From the NCBI GenBank assembly GCA_036398075.1, contig DASWHT010000265.1, forward strand, positions 1 to 29,820: a stretch of 29,820 nucleotides of DNA, given 5' to 3'. Below, in pieces: positions 17,143 to 22,835 of the stretch (positions within the stretch are counted from its first letter, which is position 1; every line of letters begins with the position of its first letter). The translations under genes were made by a program, and so were the position numbers. The stretch comes from Candidatus Binatia bacterium. GTDB lineage: Bacteria; Desulfobacterota; Binatia; UBA9968. Below the pieces are notes generated by a model, which saw only the letters and a list, made by a program, of their open reading frames with translations, did not search any database and was not told the DNA's origin.

Positions 17143-17215
17143 GGTGTGGACCTAGTTTGAGTTCTGCGAGTTCTCGGGAAAAAAGTACCAAATCGCGCCA
17201 ACTCTCATGGAGGTT

Positions 17216-17242
17216 GAATCGCCTAAATGGGCGAAGACTTTA
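17216..17242 (-). promoter_or_regulatory. sigma28 promoter of motAB
   Basis: Minus strand TAAAGTCT-N11-GGCGATTC vs consensus TAAAGTTT-N11-GCCGATAA; about 70 nt upstream of motA. Confidence 0.6.
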
Positions 17243-17249
17243 GGAAACC

Positions 17250-17276
17250 TAAAGAATTCAGGCCTCTTGCCGAAGT
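17250..17276 (+). promoter_or_regulatory. sigma28 promoter facing the receiver-domain gene
   Basis: TAAAGAAT-N11-GCCGAAGT with exact spacing; its -35 forms the palindrome CTTTAGG-AAA-CCTAAAG with the motA promoter. Confidence 0.6.
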
Positions 17277-17561
17277 CTTTTCTTGAATGATTGGAAGATT
17301 ACGTTCTCGGCGGGAGCCCTTGGCCGTTCTTGCCTTGCCGCCATCATCGGCGCTGGCGTGGATGGCGCGGCGGAACCATCGGAAAACCCTTGGGGGGGAT
17401 TCCTTGCCACCAGTCGGTGAACTGTTTCCCCGGCCCATTACGAAGTTGCGGAGGTGCCTGACGCCGATTGCCGCGAGGGATACCGTTCGGCTACAATTAA
17501 CGATTAAGGATCGCGCGAAGCCTTCGGCTCTGAGCAGACCTAGCCGACTACTTCAGCGCGT

Positions 17562-18086
17562 GTGAGTGCGATGCGTAAACGAAAACTCGATATCGAAAAT
17601 TCTCAGCCCGGCCCACGCAGTCCGACCGTGGCAGGGCGCAAAGCGCGTGTGATCCCCTTCCCCAAGCGACCGGGGGCGCTCGCGAAAAACAGCGACACGA
17701 GTCTCGACAAGAAACTCACGATCCTGGTCGTTGAAGATCACGGCTCGCTCTGCGATATGTTGAGCCTCTATTTCATGCGCTACGGCTATCATGTGCGCAC
17801 CGCCAGCGACGGCGAATCGGCTCTCGACATCATGGACCACGAAGAGATTCACCTTGTGTTGCTGGATTTGATGCTGCCGCGCATGGACGGCTTTACGGTA
17901 CTACGGCGGATCCGGGGGCGCGGGGACGGCAAGCCGCCTTACGTCATCGTCGTTTCGGCGGGAGCGTCGACGGGAGACCGGAACTTGGTCCTGGACCTGG
18001 GCGCCGACGAATACATGCCCAAACCCTTTCACCTCATGCGCCTCCTAGAGCGCATCCAAAACGTCGAAAAATACCTGCTCAATTAG
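17562..18086 (+). CDS. Receiver-only response regulator with a basic N-terminal extension (start uncertain)
   Basis: ILVVEDH, LLDLMLPRMDG, VSA, YMPKPF; about 48 aa Arg/Lys/Pro-rich N-tail; ends right after the receiver domain. Confidence 0.88.
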   Translation: MSAMRKRKLDIENSQPGPRSPTVAGRKARVIPFPKRPGALAKNSDTSLDKKLTILVVEDHGSLCDMLSLYFMRYGYHVRTASDGESALDIMDHEEIHLVLLDLMLPRMDGFTVLRRIRGRGDGKPPYVIVVSAGASTGDRNLVLDLGADEYMPKPFHLMRLLERIQNVEKYLLN

Positions 18087-18091
18087 CCGGT

Positions 18092-18207
18092 AGTTCAATT
18101 CGTTCAAAAAGTTCCAGCCGTTTCAAAGGTAGAAGGCATCGGCGCGAAGCCCGGCCAGCCAGCCTTCAACGCCTACGGTCCGTTCACCGGCTTGAATGAC
18201 TCGAACG
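18092..18207. repeat. REP-like stem-loop (GTTCAA units) between convergent genes; possible terminator
   Basis: gttcaattcgttcaaaaagttccagccgtttcaa ... ttgaatgactcgaacg outer arms; inner gtagaaggc/gccttcaac arms. Confidence 0.5.
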
Positions 18208-18220
18208 TGACGAAGTCACC

Positions 18221-18640
18221 TCAAAGTTCCGCCGGCACACGGCGGACGGCTCGGAAACGTCCTTCATTAGTTTCTTCGAGGCTGAATTCTTCCGGCCCTA
18301 ACAGTGCCGTTAACAGATTACACAGATGGTAAGCATTGTCGGTCATCTTGGCGAGCAAATCTTTTTGGCCGACTAAGAGATTTCCCAGGTGATCTTCGAG
18401 CATGATTTCCGCGCCGCTCAATATCACCTGAAGGGAATTGCGTGCTTCGCAGCAAAGCGCTTCGTTCCAGCGAGTGGCCATGGAAACCTTCAACGCCGGG
18501 TCTCGTTTGGCTTGCGCCGTCATCGCGGCCGCCTTGCTTTCATTGGTGACAGCTCCTCTGCCTATTTCGAACGCCGCTCTCGTATGTTGTGTCTGTGTCT
18601 CCACGGAAGCCATATCCGAAGTCGTTGACGATTGAGCCAT
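18221..18640 (-). CDS. Stand-alone degenerate HisKA (DHp)-like protein, phospho-His replaced by Cys
   Basis: Start revised to ATG 18640 (RBS GGAGG), 139 aa. LCCEARNSLQVILSGAEIMLEDHLGNLLVGQKDLLAKMTDNAYHLCNLLTALL follows the HisKA pattern HELRxPLxxI.G..ELL......L...Q...L..I......L..LI..LL; no ATPase domain. Confidence 0.7.
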   Translation of the reverse strand: MAQSSTTSDMASVETQTQHTRAAFEIGRGAVTNESKAAAMTAQAKRDPALKVSMATRWNEALCCEARNSLQVILSGAEIMLEDHLGNLLVGQKDLLAKMTDNAYHLCNLLTALLGPEEFSLEETNEGRFRAVRRVPAEL

Positions 18641-18676
18641 AAATCCTCCCGGCCAATAATTTGCTCTGGAACGAAC

Positions 18677-18692
18677 AGCAAGCGTCATGCCA
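18677..18692 (-). promoter_or_regulatory. sigma54 promoter of the pseudo-DHp gene
   Basis: Minus strand TGGCAT-GACGC-TTGCT; predicted 26-nt leader contains the GGAGG RBS. Confidence 0.8.
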
Positions 18693-18919
18693 TGAATTCT
18701 AGCAGCGCGGCTCGGCGCTACCTTTGGCGCGGTTCTTTATCAACATGATTGGCCCTCCCAAGCGCTCAAGTTTTCTCGTCTGAGCGCGATAAAATCCAAC
18801 CATTGCGCTAAGTTCCGCGTTCAACAGCGCGGCACTAAAGCGGCAGAATCAGGGCAAATACTTAGTTCCGCGGGCATCGGAATTCCCTCTGCCCTGAGCT
18901 TCGATGGTTGCACCGCGGT

Positions 18920-18935
18920 CGTCAAGATGCTGACG
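18920..18935. promoter_or_regulatory. Candidate sigma54-activator (FleQ-box-like) site
   Basis: Perfect CGTCA-AGATGC-TGACG palindrome about 85 bp upstream of the fliL sigma54 motif. Confidence 0.55.
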
Positions 18936-19018
18936 AGCGAGCGCCGAACTTGACGCGGGAAACGATCCCGCAAGTCATCTAAACTCTCTAAACTGGGCCT
19001 GTTTCTTGGCGCCAGCGT

Positions 19019-19034
19019 TGGCACATCGGTTGCT
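19019..19034 (+). promoter_or_regulatory. sigma54 promoter of the fliL-fliA operon
   Basis: TGGCAC-ATCGG-TTGCT, perfect consensus. Confidence 0.82.
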
Positions 19035-19047
19035 CAAAGCAGGCGCC

Positions 19048-19518
19048 ATGAACAAGAAATTAGTCATCATAGGCGCCGGCGCTCTCGCCGGCGTACTCAG
19101 CGCAGGGGCCGGCGTCTACTTCTTCAAACGCGACCTGTTCCCCGGATCCGTTGGGTCCAATGGCGCCGCCGCGGGCAAACCGGCCAAGACGGAACCCAAA
19201 GACAAGAAGCATGAATCCGAAGTCGGCGCGGATCTCGAAGTCTTCGTCGTCAATCTGGCGAGCTCGGGGCAAGGGCGCTATCTGAGAACTACTTTAAGCC
19301 TGGGCGTGAAAAGCGAGCATGAAAAGGAACGGGTCAAGGAGTTCACCGGTCCGATACGCCACGCAGTCATCATGTATCTCACCGAGCGCAAGGTCGAAGA
19401 GCTGCTCGATCCTCAAGGCAAAGAAAATCTGCGCCACGCGCTGCACGAGCAAATCAACGAGGCCATCGGCCATAAAATAGTTTCCTCCGTCTACTTCAAG
19501 GAATTTTTGATCCAGTAG
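19048..19518 (+). CDS. fliL: Flagellar basal body-associated protein FliL
   Basis: Start revised to ATG 19048; N-terminal TM (LVIIGAGALAGVLSAGAGVYFF), FVVNLA, RYLR, IRHAVIMYL, VYFKEFLIQ. Confidence 0.93.
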   Translation: MNKKLVIIGAGALAGVLSAGAGVYFFKRDLFPGSVGSNGAAAGKPAKTEPKDKKHESEVGADLEVFVVNLASSGQGRYLRTTLSLGVKSEHEKERVKEFTGPIRHAVIMYLTERKVEELLDPQGKENLRHALHEQINEAIGHKIVSSVYFKEFLIQ

Positions 19519-19526
19519 GAGCACCG

Positions 19527-19826
19527 ATGTTTGCTATGTTTCACCGTCAGCCGGCGCGGCCAAGAACCGCGCTGCTCGATTTCGCCACCGCCGCAAACTT
19601 TTTTCTGCGTTGGCTTTCGTTGCCGGCGCGGCGGGCAACGGCACATTCGCTGCAGCTCTTGGAGAGCGTGCCGCTGACCGCTCAGGCCTCGGTGGCGCTG
19701 GTGCGTTTCGAAAGCGAAAACCTCGTCCTCGGCGTCACGCCGCAAAGCATTACGGTGCTCGCCAAGGGCGCGGCTCCAGCCGGCGCGAGAACCAGCACGT
19801 CGTTTGCCGAAGAGAGGCAGAGGTAA
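19527..19826 (+). CDS. fliO: Short FliO-like protein
   Basis: Between fliL and fliP, RBS AGGAG; LQLLESVPLTAQASVALVRFESENLVLGVTPQSITVL matches the FliO beta-domain pattern. Confidence 0.75.
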   Translation: MFAMFHRQPARPRTALLDFATAANFFLRWLSLPARRATAHSLQLLESVPLTAQASVALVRFESENLVLGVTPQSITVLAKGAAPAGARTSTSFAEERQR

Positions 19827-19835
19827 ACCGTTGCC

Positions 19836-20507
19836 ATGAATCCATCTTCACTCAACCTATTGACCAATCCGCTTAAGGGCACCGAGGTCTCCACCGTGGT
19901 CGAGATCTTCACTCTCTTAACGCTGCTGTCCTTCGCTCCGATGGTGCTGATGACCGTAACATCGTTTACGCGCATCGTCGTGGTGTTGTCTTTTTTGCGC
20001 CAAGCCCTGGGCACGCAACAATCGCCATCGAACCAGATCGTTATCGCGCTGTCGCTCTTTATCTCGTTCCACGTGATGGCACCGGTGTGGCAAAAAATCG
20101 AAAGCGAGGCGGTGACGCCCTACTACAACCGGCAGATCCCGCCGTCGGAGGCGCTGCGGCGCGCGTGGGAGCCGCTTCGGGAATTTCTCTTGAAGCACAC
20201 CCGCAAAGCCGATCTCGCGCTGTTCGTGAAAAATCCCGACGGCAACGAAATCGAGATGACTCAAATACCGGCCACTAGTTTAATCCCGGCCTTCGTGATT
20301 TCGGAGCTTAAGACCGCCTTTCAGATGGCATTCATGATTTACATTCCGTTTCTGATTTTGGACCTGGTGGTGGCCTCGGTTCTCATGTCGATGGGCATGA
20401 TGTTTCTGCCGCCGGTGTTGGTCTCGCTGCCTTTTAAACTGGTGTTGTTCGTGCTGGTGGACGGCTGGAACCTTCTCATAGGCTCGCTGGTAAGGAGTTT
20501 CGCATGA
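19836..20507 (+). CDS. fliP: Flagellar export gate protein FliP
   Basis: TSFTRIVVVLSFLRQALGTQQSPSNQI, LIPAFVISELKTAF, SMGMMFLPP, LPFKLVLFVLVDGW. Confidence 0.97.
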   Translation: MNPSSLNLLTNPLKGTEVSTVVEIFTLLTLLSFAPMVLMTVTSFTRIVVVLSFLRQALGTQQSPSNQIVIALSLFISFHVMAPVWQKIESEAVTPYYNRQIPPSEALRRAWEPLREFLLKHTRKADLALFVKNPDGNEIEMTQIPATSLIPAFVISELKTAFQMAFMIYIPFLILDLVVASVLMSMGMMFLPPVLVSLPFKLVLFVLVDGWNLLIGSLVRSFA

Positions 20508-20773
20508 CCCCCGACGGTCTCATCGACATCATGCGCAGCGCTCTGCAAGCGGGCGGCGTCGTCGCGGCGCCGGCGATCCTCTTTGGCCTGATTGCCGGAG
20601 TGGCCGTGAGTATTTTTCAGGCGACCACGCAGATCAACGATTTTACGCTGGTGTTTGTCCCTAAGGTGTTGGCGACGGTCCTGGCGCTGGTCTTGTTCGG
20701 TTCATGGATGATTCAGTTCTACGTCAACTTTACGAGGGAGATTATTGTCAACCTGCCGACGATTATCGGCTGA
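20504..20773 (+). CDS. fliQ: Flagellar export gate protein FliQ
   Basis: GVAVSIFQATTQINDFTLVFVPK, LFGSWM; ATGA overlap with fliP. Confidence 0.96.
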   Translation: MTPDGLIDIMRSALQAGGVVAAPAILFGLIAGVAVSIFQATTQINDFTLVFVPKVLATVLALVLFGSWMIQFYVNFTREIIVNLPTIIG

Positions 20774-20786
20774 AACCAACAACCCA

Positions 20787-21566
20787 ATGGTACCATTAAC
20801 CCATCTCATCAGCACCGGTTGGCCCGAAGCGGTTACCTTCATGTTGGTTTTTGGCCGCGCCGGCGGGTTGATGATCAGCGCGCCGTTTTGGGGCAGCCGT
20901 GTCGTGCCGGTGGTGGTGCGGGTGTGGATCGCGATACTTCTAGCGGTCGCGACCTACCCGACGGTGCGCGCCGCCGCGCTCACCGGCGGCATCACGATAC
21001 TTTCGGTTTTTTTTGCCTTCGCCGGGGAAACTCTCTTGGGACTGGTGCTCGGTTGGCTGGCCCAGCTGATGTTCTCCGGCATGCGCCTCGCCGGCCAGGA
21101 AATCGAACTTAAATCAGGCCTGGGTTTGATCCAACTCGTTGACCCCAACGAAGGCGGCCAAAGCGGTCTTTTCAGCACGCTCTTCGAATTGATCGCCGGC
21201 CTGCTTTTCTTCGCCATGAACGGTCACCACCTGCTCGTGCAGGCGCTCTGGTCGAGCTACAACGTATTTCCGCTGGCCGGCGACAAATTCGCCACCCGAC
21301 TGTTGGAGGGTTTGGTTTCCTCAGCTGGGGAAATCTTTACTATCGCGCTGCGCGTCAGCGCCCCGGTGGTGATCGGCCTGCTGCTGAGCGACATCATCCT
21401 CGGCCTCATCGGCCGCGCGATTCCGCAGATGAATGTTTTCATGGTGGCCCAGCCGCTGCAATTTGGCCTGGCGATACTGCTTTTGTTTTTGGCGATGCCT
21501 GCCTTTGTCTGGTTTTTCATGCGGCATATGCCGTTGATGATCGGCGTACCGGGGGGCGTAGGTTGA
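20787..21566 (+). CDS. fliR: Flagellar export gate protein FliR
   Basis: Likely ATG 20787; polytopic hydrophobic protein, APFWG, NGHHLLV, GRAIPQMNVF..AQPLQ. Confidence 0.95.
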   Translation: MVPLTHLISTGWPEAVTFMLVFGRAGGLMISAPFWGSRVVPVVVRVWIAILLAVATYPTVRAAALTGGITILSVFFAFAGETLLGLVLGWLAQLMFSGMRLAGQEIELKSGLGLIQLVDPNEGGQSGLFSTLFELIAGLLFFAMNGHHLLVQALWSSYNVFPLAGDKFATRLLEGLVSSAGEIFTIALRVSAPVVIGLLLSDIILGLIGRAIPQMNVFMVAQPLQFGLAILLLFLAMPAFVWFFMRHMPLMIGVPGGVG

Positions 21567-21606
21567 AACGGCGAGTTTTCTCGGCGCTCTAAGAACAGAG
21601 ATTTTT

Positions 21607-22716
21607 ATGGCGGAAGAAGCATTTAAAGACGACTTAGAAAAATCAGAAGAACCCACTCCAAAGCGGCGCGAAGACGCGCGCAAGCAGGGGCAGTTTCCAA
21701 AGTCGCGTAACCTCATTCCCGCAGTGACGCTGGCGGCCATTGCCATCGGGCTCAAGTTGGGTGGAGCGGAACTGATGGAGCGGCTGGCTCGCTGTGTCAC
21801 CGGATTTTTGGTCGCGGCCGGGACCACCAAGCAGCTAGGCAGCCAAGACATGATGGCGCTGTCCTTTGAAGCCGGGCTCTTGTTCGCGCCGGTGTTGTTG
21901 CCGATTTTTGCCGGCATCATGATCACCGGCCTGGGCTCCGGCTTTTTACAGACCGGTTTCGTCTTGGCGTCCGAGCCGTTGCGCTTCGATCTGAAGCGCA
22001 TCAGTCCTGTAGCGGGATTCCGCCGGCTTTTCAGCGTCGATTCAGTTGCGGAGAGCATCAAGTCAGTTATTTTTATCGGCGGCCTGGGCTCGATCGGCGG
22101 CGCGTATCTTTACGGCGAACTGCCGGCGCTAGTGTCTCTGTCCACGCTGGCGGCGGGCGACATTGTCGCCTACGCGAGCCGGGACGGCGCCGTGCTCAGC
22201 GCCTGGATCATCGCCGTTATGGTCGCGTTAGCGGGCTTTGATTTCCTCTATCAGCGCTGGCACATCGACAAACAGTTGCGCATGAGCCGCCAGGATATCA
22301 AGGAAGAGATGCGCGAGCAGGAAGGTGATCCACTGCTCAAGTCGCACTTGAAGAGCCTGCGGCAGAAGATGTCGCGGCGGCGCTTGATGAGCGAGGTGGC
22401 GAAGGCGGACGTGGTGATCACCAACCCGGCGCATTTAGCGATCGCCTTGCGCTACCGCGCCGAAGAGATGGGTGCGCCGCGAGTGCTCGGCAAAGGGGCT
22501 GGCTTTATCGCCGAAAAGATTCGCGAAGTGGCGCGCTCGAAGGGGATTCCCATCGTCGAGAACAAATCGCTGGCGCGCTTGCTCTATCAGCAGGTGGAAA
22601 TCGGCCGAGAAATTCCTGAAACGCTTTACCGCGCCGTGGCGGGGGTTCTGGCTTATGTGTACCGCCTGCGCGGTGGCAATCTCGCGACTCTGGCCGAGGT
22701 GAAGGATGAAGGATGA
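21607..22716 (+). CDS. flhB: Flagellar export switch protein FlhB
   Basis: EKSEEPTPKRREDARKQGQ, MSRQDIKEEMREQEGDP, ADVVITNPAH, GAPRVLGKG, IPIVENKSLAR. Confidence 0.97.
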   Translation: MAEEAFKDDLEKSEEPTPKRREDARKQGQFPKSRNLIPAVTLAAIAIGLKLGGAELMERLARCVTGFLVAAGTTKQLGSQDMMALSFEAGLLFAPVLLPIFAGIMITGLGSGFLQTGFVLASEPLRFDLKRISPVAGFRRLFSVDSVAESIKSVIFIGGLGSIGGAYLYGELPALVSLSTLAAGDIVAYASRDGAVLSAWIIAVMVALAGFDFLYQRWHIDKQLRMSRQDIKEEMREQEGDPLLKSHLKSLRQKMSRRRLMSEVAKADVVITNPAHLAIALRYRAEEMGAPRVLGKGAGFIAEKIREVARSKGIPIVENKSLARLLYQQVEIGREIPETLYRAVAGVLAYVYRLRGGNLATLAEVKDEG

Positions 22717-22766
22717 AGGATGAACAAAGAAGATAGTATTCAGAAGTCGGAAGACGGAATGCTGAA
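22701..22766. repeat. (GAAGGAT)3 tandem units plus a cagaagtcggaa unit, overlapping the flhB stop codon
   Basis: gaaggatgaaggatgaaggatgaa at 22701-22724; same unit types as 9756-9817. Confidence 0.55.
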
Positions 22767-22835
22767 ACTGGATTGCAAGATTCACAGTGGCGCGGCAATT
22801 GGCGCCGTGAAAACTGAAACCGAAACGCACTGACA

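Noticed and set aside
17277-17560. c-di-GMP riboswitch in the long leaders (also checked 13845-14120 and 3880-4400)
   Set aside because: I could not find the GEMM-I pattern (GGCAAAC...GAAA...GACGCAAAGC) by eye; an Infernal scan would be decisive.
22701-22724. CRISPR-like or VNTR array
   Set aside because: Only three 7-nt units, no spacers and no cas genes.
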